Positions 42,001 to 54,300 of a stretch of DNA of 64,000 nucleotides are shown here, in pieces. The stretch covers positions 6,969,849 through 7,033,848 of the forward strand of contig CM082597.2 in the NCBI GenBank assembly GCA_040954595.2, given 5' to 3'. Numbering within the stretch: position 1 is the stretch's first letter; every line of letters begins with the position of its first letter. Both the position numbers and the translations under genes were made by a program. The notes under the pieces were generated by a model. That model saw nothing but the letters and a program-made list of their open reading frames with translations, was not told the origin of the DNA and ran no database searches. This DNA is from Balanoglossus misakiensis. Taxonomy: Eukaryota; Animalia; Hemichordata.

Positions 42001-43091
42001 TATTGATTCTATTTTCAGTTATATCACGTCCTCATGTACTTATTTACACTACCTATCCAAAATCATAGGGATTAATTATGCAAAAAAAAACTGCAAAAAC
42101 TCGCTTACTTGTTATAGTGGATGACGACATGAAACTGCACCACCACCCCCCAGTATAAAGAGTTAATCAAGTATTATTAACATCAATAGTTAAACATTTC
42201 TGAGACGCCCTTTACAGTTGGCACTGCGTGATACTTGCTCATCAACAACTTTGTCAGGAGAGCATTCAATTTAGTAAATAAGACATAAAATGAGGTCCAA
42301 TATAATTCAAACAGTACTGGGCATGAACTCAGGCCTAGCTCGCCTAGACAACAGTTTGGGTGAAAACATGACTAAGAGTTGATGCTTAAAAACGCTGTTT
42401 AAAACTTGAAGGTACCTGAAGTCCCACATAAACAGCTTTTAGGTAGAGCAGCGAGCTGGGACAATCTGTTTAGGCTGGTCACAAAGTAATAAAGTCCTAC
42501 GGGTTAATGTTTAACAGTCTACTGGTAATTGGCATGTACATGATAGAAAAGAGATTTTTTACACATAGCTCAGTCCAGTAAAAATAAATTCATTGGTCAA
42601 ATAAAATTGTATGGTCACCGCCTTCTATTTTGAGATAAATGTAGTTAAATATTTTGCCCACAGACAATCAATTGGTGAAAAATGCTGTGTCAGCCGTTTG
42701 TTCTATTATCGATAAAATTCATGGCTCTGTATTTCAAAAACAAGCGCGGTGACCCCTATATTTTATTACAGATGTTCATTGTACATACAAAGGAGAATCC
42801 AAAAATCCACAATTAATTTTACTGAATGTACATCCTTAAAAGTAAAATAACATTTCTAAATTTGTTCTTTTTAGATGCAAAGCAATCAAGCAAACTTTTC
42901 TGAACTACATGTGTTGGTGGCACAAGAGTAAAATTCATAGAAAGAACTTTCCATTAATTTACATAAAAAAATCAATTGAAAGATAACAGAACAGCAAACC
43001 TTTTGTTATGGTTGCATTACATGTACATATAATAATAGAACACCATAGGCTAGGGTGACTCTGTTGGCGGTCTAGCGCTCTCTTGTTGTAC

Positions 43092-43121
43092 GGGATTTCC
43101 CGTCGTGAGCAGGGAAACTCC
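43092..43121 (+). promoter_or_regulatory. Tandem NF-kB/Rel consensus sites
   Basis: GGGATTTCCC (43092-43101) and GGGAAACTCC (43112-43121) both match GGGRNNYYCC. They lie 20 bp apart in a CpG-containing stretch 120-150 bp upstream of the ATG at 43241. Confidence 0.6.
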
Positions 43122-43240
43122 TCTAGTAATTTCAACGTTGTCCATTCATTTGCAGGAATAACACCAGTTTTAGGAAAGACTCAGCCACTGTGAGTTGATT
43201 GTTTGAATATACTCAAGCGATACTCTCTACATAAGACGGT

Positions 43241-46167
43241 ATGGCTGAAGGCAGGGCTAATTCACCGGGTAAGTTAAACACCTGCTGGTGCACACATGGC
43301 TATATCAAACCTCAGGGCTCAGGGCATGGTGTCTGATCAACACTGTTTAAAGGTGGAATTTTCAATCCCTGGTTCTCACATTAGTGTGTGTGTGTGGCGG
43401 GGGGGGGGGGGGGGGGGGGGGTTCTCCACCTAGCCCAAACATTAAATTACAATATGATTTGTTATAATGAAATTACAAACTGATCTCAGCCATTAATTGT
43501 CATCTAATCTAATCCTGAAACATTATATCCAGTGTGGCATGTCAGTTCATTTCATCATGTAGGCTCAAATATGGTAAAAACTTGAGAACAGCTGCACATA
43601 TCATGGTGATATTTGGTGTTGTAGATGCATGCGATGGATGCTCAGCTGCGATGTCTTTTTTGTGATCATATTGTTAAAAATATGCAAATGAGCTCAAAAA
43701 TCTTCCTTTTCAAAATTCCTTGTCCCACTGCTTTGAGATTTGGCTTGTAATTGTAGGTTCCCTTGGGTAATTTTTGTTCAAATTATGGCAAAATTTGCAT
43801 GTTAGAATTTTTGGGCAATTTTTGCTTGTTTTTTGGGGGGCATAAAACTACTTCTCTGAAACTGGCCCTTCTGATTGCTCAGAATTTTGTTACGATTGTT
43901 CTGAGGAGGTGGCATAAAGTATTAGATATGTTCAAATTTGGGTGAAATTGGTATTTATTGGCAATTTTTGACATGTTTGGTCGAAAATCTGCATCTTGTC
44001 TGATTTCTTTGAATCTCCCTTTGTCAATAATGGTGGCTAAAATTGCACAATGGCTGTTATCACTAATAAAGGAAGAGTTTGATCAGTTACTTACAATGCC
44101 ATCAGAAGAAAATTATGAAGATGAAATGTATCATCCAAAGCCATCAGAAAAAAAATACTGTAAGAAAAACATCATATGATGTGTGAAAATGTACTGAGTG
44201 GTTGCTGATGTACACTGGCGGAAGTTTGACGTCTCCACTAAGCAACGAAATTACATTTTAATGTCATAGCATTTGTATACTTTCATAGTTATCTGGTCAC
44301 TTACTGGGCATGCGTTTTGAAAGTTGAAGTTTACAAACATTATGTATATACAATGTATTGTCCGAAGGGTTAGGCAGTGTTCTTCAGAGAGATGAGAGAT
44401 ACAACAAGTTTGAAGATGGTTTTTCTGTGAAAACAGCTCGAGCTGTGGTGAAAGGAAGCACTACTGACCAAATTTTTTTTTTCGGTCATTTAAATTGCAA
44501 TACATATAAAACTATTTAAACCAGACATTATGGAATGAAGAAATTGTTCAGTTTACAGAGGTGTTTGTTTAATAGTGGTTCTTTTAACATGTGGTTCTAT
44601 GAGAAATGACTGGAAAATGTGTTCAGTACAGACATGTGTTCAGATTAGACAGGGTTCTGTGTAGACAAGTTTTACTGTACTTTATATCCGGAACAGGCAT
44701 TTAGCAGAACACTGGTTTATTTCTTAGAAGATTCAAATAATAACCATTTAGTGTATGACCAATAACAATAATGTGAATCATCAGCAAATTCTATGACATC
44801 TGCTTCTCCTATCACATGTTGTTTGCTGGGAAATTGCTATGCTGCTTTGAAATGAATAAACGTAACTACTTTAGCATTGGGAAAAAGCTCATCTTGTATG
44901 CAAAAAGCTTCCGAAGCTGTGAGATACCCAGATCTTTATAATTATTTCTCTTCGATTTTAAACAGGGGTTGACTGTACATTTCTTCTAATTGCAAGAAGA
45001 TGGCAGGAGGAGAAATGTGATGACTCTACATCGTTTGTCAATAGGCAGTTTGCTATACAGTTACAAAAACATGGATTTAAAGTCTTATCAACAGCCATTG
45101 AAGCAACAAAGGTTGAAGAAGAAGATGCAAAGAAAAATAATGTTACTTTAATCTTGCCATATGAAAATCCAAAAAAAAAGTATCAGAAAAAAATTAAGCG
45201 GGAGGATTGGTTGATGCATCCCAAGAAATTTTATAGGCATTTAAGTAAATACGAAGATGTAGTATCCTATATAGTTGGCCATGTTGGTGAAGAGGGGTCT
45301 CACACAGCTTCGGAAGCTTTTTGCATACAAGATGAGCTTTATCCCAATGCTAAAGTAGTTACGTTTATTCATTTCAAAGCAGCTAAGCAATTTCGCAGCA
45401 AACAACATGTGATAGGAGAAGCAGATGTCATAGAATTTGCTGATGATTCACACTCTGTTATTGTTACTGGTCATACATTAAACAGTTATTATTCAAATCT
45501 TTTAAGAAATAGACCAGTGTTCTGCTACCTGCCCGTTCCAGATATAAAGTATTTAGATCTCACTGTTCAATGTCCACAACCAGGTGCACTTTTTGAGATT
45601 TATAGTGTGGGGAATTATGAAGAGTACTTGAATCTCTGTGAGGTCATAGCTCCAGCTGTAGGAAAGGTAGCCTCTAATCGTTGTTTGATTGGTGTAAAAC
45701 AGCTATATTGGTACCTTATTAATGTTGATAAAGAAGTGATTTGTGATTTGAAAGGAAACTTACTTGGAAAATACAACTCAAAAGATCTTGAACTTCGTTT
45801 GTGTTCTTCAAGTGATTTTACTCCGGCATTGTTGAGAAGTTCCTTACTAATTGACACAAGCAAAGACTTGTTTTCACTGTCAGGTCTAAATGCTATCGCG
45901 GCTGGCGTTCCAGTACTTTTCCACCATACATCAAGTATTTCTGAGTTTTTAACACAGGACAAATATCTAAGTTCACCTTGTGAGAGAATTATTGTACTAG
46001 ATGAAGAAGTCTATCCTGGCCAATCATGGACTAGGAGAATTTCAACAGTTTTGAAGGACAGAGAAGGGGCATTCAAGCATGCAGAATGTGTGAGGGAAGG
46101 TCTGAAAAAATCCATCGAATGTGGTATGATAAAAGACTCACTTGATAAAATATTGGCTTCATTCTAA
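43241..46167 (+). CDS. Stand-alone GT4 (GT-B fold) glycosyltransferase-like protein of the NLR-associated 'conflict' type, ~409 aa, catalytic motifs degenerate
   Basis: Exon 43241-43268 (MAEGRANSP, G|GTAAGT) joins exon 44966-46167 in phase. Motifs: VNRQFAIQL..GFKVLST..EAT..EEEDA..NVTLILP, DWL, IVGHV, PNAKVVTFIH, LPVP, FSLSGLNAIAAGVPVL. AATAAA at ~47056. Confidence 0.8.
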
Positions 46168-48320
46168 CAAGCTGAACAAAATGATACCAGAATAGTGATG
46201 TCATGCATGCTTCTGTCTCTTAGACATTTCAATGTCTCCACACAGATATGACAATGTTGACCCAGTAGTTAACGTTACTTGGATAGTCAGCATGTTTTTA
46301 CAAAAAATTTGAAACAGTTTTAAGATTAGTGTCTTATAATATAGAAGTTTCATCAAAATTTAGTAACTAGACACACAGTTTATCTCTACATGTGTTTATT
46401 GATTTTGTATGTAAACATTGTGACAGATGACTTAGACTTTGAGTTTCTGTCCTAATTAAGTGACAACCATAGCATAATGCTAAATCAGAGTTCATTATTA
46501 ACGATTGTTCAATTGTAGGTCTGGGACAAGTAATTTACCCATTGAACTAGGAAATTTCATCATGTCTGATCAGGTTTTTTTTTGTAAAACAAAAACTTTT
46601 TATACGTAGTACACACTCATTCGAGCAATTTAACTGCGGCTGGGCGCACATCTGGCAACAAAAATGTTCAATGAACATGACATTAAATCAAAAAGTTGCA
46701 GTGGACATACTGTTGAGTCAAAGATATGCCGGCCTTGCTATTTTCACATACTCATTGTAGATGAAATAAGAGAACTTGTAAATTAATCCTTGCATAACAT
46801 TTGCCTCTGTTGATTTCACAAAAATTTCCTTTATTTTACTGACAGATCATTGTAAATTAATTTCTGTGTGTTGCTTGCTGACATGATGAAGGGCCTACTT
46901 CGATGTAGTGACTTTAGATAGAAATTTTGTATACTCAGCTGCACATGATTTTTATTATACGTATAAATCATAGATGCACATACCTGTAGTTTTACAAATA
47001 ATTTTTTTCAACTATGATGTATTTTTATATGTACAGAATATATTTTGTGTGACAAATAAACAGAATTGAGCTGATAATATCATTGCGATTCATACAATCT
47101 TATTGCCCATAAAATACATATATTAGCATTCTGTTGTAGTTTGTATGAATTCACTTGGGCCAGCCCTATGTATCACACTTCAAAATAATGCAGCTGAGAC
47201 AGTATACTTGGTGAAGAGAATGAGAACAAAAACATTAGATTATATACAAGTATGTATATGAAACATGCATAAAATATACTTCATTCTCATTATTACACAA
47301 AAGGAAAGTCTAGGACAACATCAATACAACATATATAAACTTTTCACAGAAAAATTATTAAACTTCATTAATGATTGCAAAGTATGCATTTTGAACAAAA
47401 AACTTTGCAAAGTAATGAGAGAGCAGGTACCCACAATCAAACTTTCATTTGTAGATTGAGTACACGTAAAGTATACTTTACGGTATATAAGGTGTTAATT
47501 TTATAGAAATAATGCAACTATATTTATACTTGTCGTGGGTTTTAGTCAAACACTCAATGCCATCTTGATCTTTGAAATACAGAAATGGGTCTCCTGCAAA
47601 AATGTGATTTAAGTTGACGGATAACATATTATAATTAGAAAATTCTTTGCATTTTATAGGTACAGCTTTGATAGAACAAAAGGCCATTTCCATGTCTGGT
47701 GTGAAACCTCGAAAACCTAGTAAGTGTAAAGTTACTCTGGTCATATCTGCTTGCCAATGTCACATGTGATTTTTATTCCAGTGTATACCTAAATTCGTGT
47801 TATTAATCCTCAAAGGGGACCACAGTGTCCTTGACGCTATTTTTCGTTTTGCAGTATGTTGTGTAATTGTGGTAGCCTGTGACACATGAGTATTCAGATG
47901 TTTGGGTGGGCATGTTCTTGCATAAAATAAGCGTCTTTGTTACTACAGGTAACCAGTTGATCATGTATGGAGCAATGTGTCACGTCTCTAGCTACAGTTT
48001 AGTAGCCCGCGATCTGAAGCAACATAACGGTGATCTTCAGGCATCCATGATCACGTAACAAAAAAGCTGATTTAGTGTTCATGCACACTGTAATGCGAAC
48101 CCTTCCAGTAAGCAAGGCAGTTCTGAATTGTGGGCGCACGCCTAACATTGTCTGTGTACGTGATGCAGACTACATGAACCTTTTACGCGTGGCTGTGAAA
48201 CGTATGACTAGCCTAAAAGAGTTCAATTTCTCTATGAACTGGGTGTCCTTACCTTAAATACATAGTATTTAAATCCATTCATTGTTGATTGTTTTCTTTG
48301 CTTCCATTTCTCCCAAACAG

Positions 48321-51300
48321 AGCAAATTTTTGTTCATGTCAGTAGTAAAGTCATCCATTCACCCAAAAGACAACAACATGCCAAAGAAAAGGAGAGTAAA
48401 ACTACGCTAGGATTGGACTCCACACACATTTTGCTTAATGAAAAGTACGGTGAACTAATTGATACAGTGCCAGCAGAGGATAAACTTGTTTTGGTAATAA
48501 AATGCCAAACTTTAGACCAATTACAAAACCTCTGGTATGGTGCGGGAGATGGTCAATTGACAGAACTAATAAAAAAAACAGTTACTGGCAGACTTTGATT
48601 CGGAGGAGCATGATACATATCATACATATGTCAAGAAATGGGAGTATGAAAAGTGTTACCAGGAGCTAGAATATGATCTGTCAGGTTAGTAATTATGAAG
48701 CTTGTACATTTGTGGTGGTTACAGTTGTTGTACGCAAGATTATGTGAGACCAACACTCAATAAAAATGGCTACCGCCAGAGACAGTGTTACGGCCGAAAC
48801 ACATTTTCAACGATCATTTACTAGTAAGATCAAGCAAGAATTTTTGTTCGCCACTCTGGTGAATAAAGTGCAAACAATTTTCGTCAATATGAATTTGACT
48901 TCGCGGTTGTGAATTTGGCAAGTGCTAGCTTATGAGCTAATGAAATTGAATTATTATACTATATATGCCACTTTCTTAAATAAACTGTGTGTAAATACAA
49001 ACTAGTCAATATAAACAATTTAAATTCTAGCATCAATATAGATAGGGCAGGTGAGATACATGTAGCCAAATATGCCCGATATGTGATGTCCATCTTTTAT
49101 GTTGAACTTGATAATGATATGGGTATGATCAAACCAATACAGAATCATCCTCCGTGACAAGCTCTATCAAAAGTTATGATGTGGACCTGACTGATAAGAG
49201 ATGTATAGTTAAAAAAAGTACTAACAGGGTAAGTAATTCTTGATATTTACATGTACTTTCTGCATACCTCCATCCATCCATTCACACATACATACATACA
49301 TACATACATACATACATACATACATACACACATACATACATACATATAGAGTTGTACAACATTAGTACATAACATAGGAAACATAGCTAAATGACTGGTA
49401 CTGTTTATTTTAATTCCAAATATTGCATTTCTCCATTTCAGTCTCAATCCATATTGCACAAAGCGGTTGATGAAAATAATCTGTCAGAGGCTCGAGTGTT
49501 GATCAGTCATGGAGTCAATGTCAGTGCCAAGGATAAGGTATTAAGTAACATGCAAGCTTATACTTACCATCAAAATGATTTACCAAATGATTACAAACAA
49601 ATGATGAAATGAAAGAATATAATTTTATGCAAGCTTTGTTATCTGTAAGTTGAGATCTGTAAATGTATGAGTTCCAAAGTCTGATACCAGATTCTATTTA
49701 AAGTAATTAAGCATGATATGATGCAATTGTGATCTGATGTGATGTCGATGATGTATTTGAACTGCTAGGCTAGCTGGGTTCATGACTATGAAAGAACAGA
49801 GGAATAATTTACAAAACAAGCATGCAGAGTCAACACAGGGATGATTCAACAGACAAATCCAGGCACGAACCTGTAGTCTAAATTAAAATTGGATGGGATG
49901 GGAAAGCTAGTGAATCTAAGGGAACTTATGGTTGATCACGGCTGACCTGCTGTCATTGAATTAATTTATGGGAGTGTCTTAATAGGCATGCTGTTCATTG
50001 ATAGGAATTAAGGATCCAAGAGCTAGTTGAAGGCAAGCTTGCTTGGAGATACTGTTGATCAATCATGAGTGTACATGAGAATAATATAATCTCACACACC
50101 AATGACCTGGGATCATATTTCTCACATGAGTTGGGGATTTTTTGTCCTACACTCCCCTGCAGCTCGTGTAGGACAAAATATCCGTGACGAGTGTGAGAAA
50201 CATGATCCCAGGTTCTTGGTCTGTGAGATTATTTTTCTTACACGGTCACAAATTAGCCAAATTCGTGTTAGAAACATTGAATAATAGACTGTGTAACTGC
50301 AGTTTGGTACATCACCACATTCTATATTCATATCGATTAAGAGGAGTGACTAAAATATATGTATTTATTTACCAAGTGTCCTGATGTACTGTTGCAGTTC
50401 ACAATTGGATCTCTTGGAAAATGTTTGTGCTCATGCAATGAAACATTTAAAGTAATTTCCTGCAAGAGTTATTCACAGGTCTTAAGTCTATATTAAATTT
50501 TTGGTTGTTTTCCCTCAGTTTGGTACCACACCATTACACTGGGCAGCAAGAAATGACTGTAGTGATGACATGGTAAGACTTTTACTGCAATCCAATGCCA
50601 GCATCAATGTAAAGGACAATGTAAGTTTGTAATTAGAATCATTGTGTTATCTATCTTAGAAACTCAACATTTGACACGTACATCATTATCACTGTCAGAT
50701 TTTGTGGAAACATGCCTTGCTAAATTCTTGAACAGACTGTTACACAAAATACGGTCTAGCTGTGTGCAGCCATTCAAAATGTAATGGTCCTGATGTGGAT
50801 AGGCAATAATTTGCTAATGAACCCATTGCATTCTGGCTGTTATATCACTCTTCATTTTTTACAGGATGGTAACACACCTCTTCATTATGCAGTAAGGGAT
50901 GGCCATGTGAATACAGTGAAGTTATTATTGGAATACAAGGCTGATATCAGCATACAAAACAAGGCAAGTATTGTTTTAAAAAATACACCTTCAACATTAA
51001 CGCCACTTTTTTAATCTTTTCAAATTGTTGTTGTGCCAAAAGTAAGTAAAAATTATTCTTTTTCATTACCAGTGACGATTATTCATAGATCATACCTTGT
51101 ATGGGGCTAGGTTTGAACATTAGAGTGGATGAAAATAAATCAGTCTGTGCCTTTTTAAACTCACATGTTTTTTTAAAGTTATGTGGCCAACGCATTGAAC
51201 TGGGGTGGCTGGTACAGATATACTATTGTGCTAAATCCACAGGAGGTAAATATTGTGGATGAGGTTTGTGTAGCACATATAAATGTTATTTGCATGTTTG

Positions 51301-54300
51301 ACCCAGAAATAGAAATACTCTGTCAAGTTCTATAATATCATACATTGTAGACTAAGCTGTATGTAGATGAACAGCTTAGGCTCTTCATCTGTATCTGACT
51401 GATGTACCCGTAGATCTACTGAAGTTCTACTGTAGACCATCTTTAGATCTAACACACATGTTCAGTTTCTGTAAGGAAGAAAAAATAACCATATACATGT
51501 ATACTAAACACTCTAATCTGTCTTCTTATATCTTAGGCTGGCTATACCCCTTTGGATATTGCAGTAAATGAGTTAAAGGTATGTATTATGAGGCATTATA
51601 ATATACCTCATGCTAATATGTACTGTGTTGTGATTCGCCAGAATCCGTCACGTGATAGGAAAATATAATCGACTATGAATCCCCAGGGAAATAGCAGAAA
51701 AAATATAAACCAGTCATGTGACCAGCGTGAGTGTGCAGAGACGGTCACACCAATCAGCGTCACGTCGTCTGACACGATGGCCATGCACTGCTGAAGATGT
51801 CGTCTGCCAATCTCAAGAGAAAATTGCAAGATTTTCCCAACTGTTAGCATGAGGTTTATTATAAAACACCTATGGCCTGGCCTATAGTCGGGCCATAGCA
51901 GCCGTTTTTACCCCCTCGTGGCTGTGAGTTACTAGAATCATATGCTATTTCCCTCGGCCTGCGGCCTCGGGAAATAGCATGTGATTCTGGTAACTCACAG
52001 CCCCTCGGGTGTAATAAACGGCTGATATGGCCCTCATGGCCAGGCAATAGGTGTTCACTATAGTCCAGACAAGGCTATCATGTTAGTTTCTGTCACTTGA
52101 GCAAGACATGTTACTTTAATATTATTGCTTCTACGCGCGCGCAAACATGCAAAATTTGTCTCTCCAGGTTCACATGCAAGTGGGAGTTGTTCCATTTGAA
52201 TTTGAGGATTTCTGTTTGAAAACATTTAAGGCACTGTTATGCTAGTTCATGTATGTTGTAGTACAACTGTTACCAATCTGAGGAAAGTGTTCATATATTA
52301 CATCAATATTGCAACCCTAATTAAAAAAAGAGGTAATCCAGACATTGATGTATTTCATAATGTAATGTATGTGTACTCTTACTTAAATCCTTAGGGTTAC
52401 AACACAAGGGAAAAACTGTATACCATACTGACATTGCTCTTACGTTCCCACATTTCATCAACCAAGGTGAATTCTTATTTATATTTTGATACTGGGTACA
52501 CTTGATCTTGCAACAATTTAATGAATCTGCCACAGTATATGTATCCCGGGATATGTATGGCACTTATAATAGGACCTGCAAATATTTTTGTGTAACGTAT
52601 ATCAATAAAATAAATTATGTGAAGAATTCATTCCTCAAACATGCAAGAATATTAGTGCAGAAATCCAGAAAGTATAGAACCACTTATTTGATCTACAGAG
52701 TGGTTGATAAATTGTATCAGAGAATTGTATGAACTTTCTTGGTTAATATGAATTGCAAATGATAAAAATGAATTTATGAGATTAAATTGATTTGTGTAAA
52801 AAAATTATGCAAATGCTCCCCATATAGCATATTGTCTAAAATTCCTGCACTTGATAAACTTTGGGTGCATTCTTTTTTCAGAAACTATTTCGCAAAGCTG
52901 GAAAAATTGGAATCATCTTAATCGAAAAATCTGATTTGCCGAGTGAAGTCCTTGACTTATCAGACGATGCTTTGGATGAGAAGTTGACAGCAGTTTACAA
53001 CAGTGGCGAGAAAGCAAGTGCGGTTATACTTGGTGACAGCAATGCATTATCAAGGTTAGATGTATTATTGAAAGGTCGAGAATTAAGTTCATTGGTGTTA
53101 TGTAATGTCGATATCAAGGAGATGAGAAACATAAAGGTATCGGAAAGTCTCACTTTAATAAGTGTTAAGTCTTTTGATCCAGAGAAAGTGATTGGATGGC
53201 TTTTGCCTTCAGCTAGGTATTTCACCTGTATTAATACTAAGATCCCTGTACCATGGTCTATCCAACATCCTGGGTCATTTGACATACTAAATGTAAGTTA
53301 CTGTACCCTCCAAGTGAAAAAATCACCTCAAGCAGAGAGTAAAATGAAACTTAACAAAATACACATAGCTTGTGGGAGTGTTAAACAGTTGTTCTTAAAT
53401 AACAATGGTTTGACTGATCTGCAGGAGGACATCGGTTCAATTCCTGGTTTATCAACATTGGATGTGAGTAACAATTCAATTAAGAGAATACCACCATCGT
53501 TGAGCAAACTTGTTGATTGTGAATACATCAGCATAGAAGGAAATCCGTGCATAAACATACCACGTGATATTTTAAGGGATGGTAAGGAAGCCGTCTTCTC
53601 TTACTTGAAGGAATTTCTGAACACAAATACATTACCTAATAGGAATGTCAAGGTAGTTCTTGTTGGTCATGAAGGTGTAGGAAAAACAACTCTAGTGCAA
53701 GCACTGAAGGGTGAATCATCAGACGTGCAGAAAACTGATGGCATAGAAATCTCGGAAATGAATCTCAAAAGGAGAGATATAAAGTTGACCGTGTTTGATT
53801 TAGCTGGGGATGTAGATTTTCTGGAATCACATTCACTGTTTATTACAGATGACAGTGTCTTTTTGGTCACCTTTGACCTCAGCAAATTTGCCATTAGTTC
53901 AACAACGAACAAGGTGTCCTCTTCACATCAAATAGGGAGAGTGAAATTGTGGTTGCAGACCGTGTTTGCACATGCTCCAGATTCGCCAGTTATTCTGGTA
54001 GGTACCCATGCAGATGCACCAATGTTAAACAGGGCTGTACTTGACTTGATTTGGCGGACGGTTCATGATACACTTGTTGAAATGAGAGACACACATTGCA
54101 AGCACTACCGGCAAAATATGCGCAAAGATTGCTTAGTGTGTCAGAACCAAGATGTGCTGAAAAGAAAGAGTATGTTTAAGGGATTAGCTGGATATGTGAG
54201 TATTGATGGTGATGAGGAATTGGTTGATGAAAGTCCAATGCCTCCTTCAGAAGGAAGAGCTCTGACTTCTTTTCCACATATTGTTGGATATGTTGAGGTT

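Larger units (their letters stand above)
21085..42545. repeat. Large tandem array (macrosatellite/segmental) of ~10 units of ~1.8, ~2.4 or ~3.4 kb
   Basis: The marker GTAATTTAGAATTTAGTA recurs at ~21340, 23699, 25494, 27860, 31238, 34647, 36457, 38264, 40072 and 41878. Units are highly similar by eye and the last is partial. Confidence 0.97.

Noticed and set aside
21085-42545. Recurrent short ORFs in the array (MFKLNSRSQ..., MEYSSICPHQ..., MVLFHTGEQ...) as a tandem gene family, or the array as CRISPR-like
   Set aside because: The ORFs have non-ATG starts, stops and indels that vary between units, and no recognisable motifs. The units are kb-sized with no unique spacers.
43520-44680. Short ORFs and repeat-like fragments in the GT4 intron
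   Set aside because: They look like decayed DNA-transposon pieces, and I could not define termini or a protein family.
49031-49050. 20-nt micro-exon candidate (AG...CAG|GTGAGA)
   Set aside because: Phase-compatible but contains an in-frame TAG; 49143-49228 fits without a stop.
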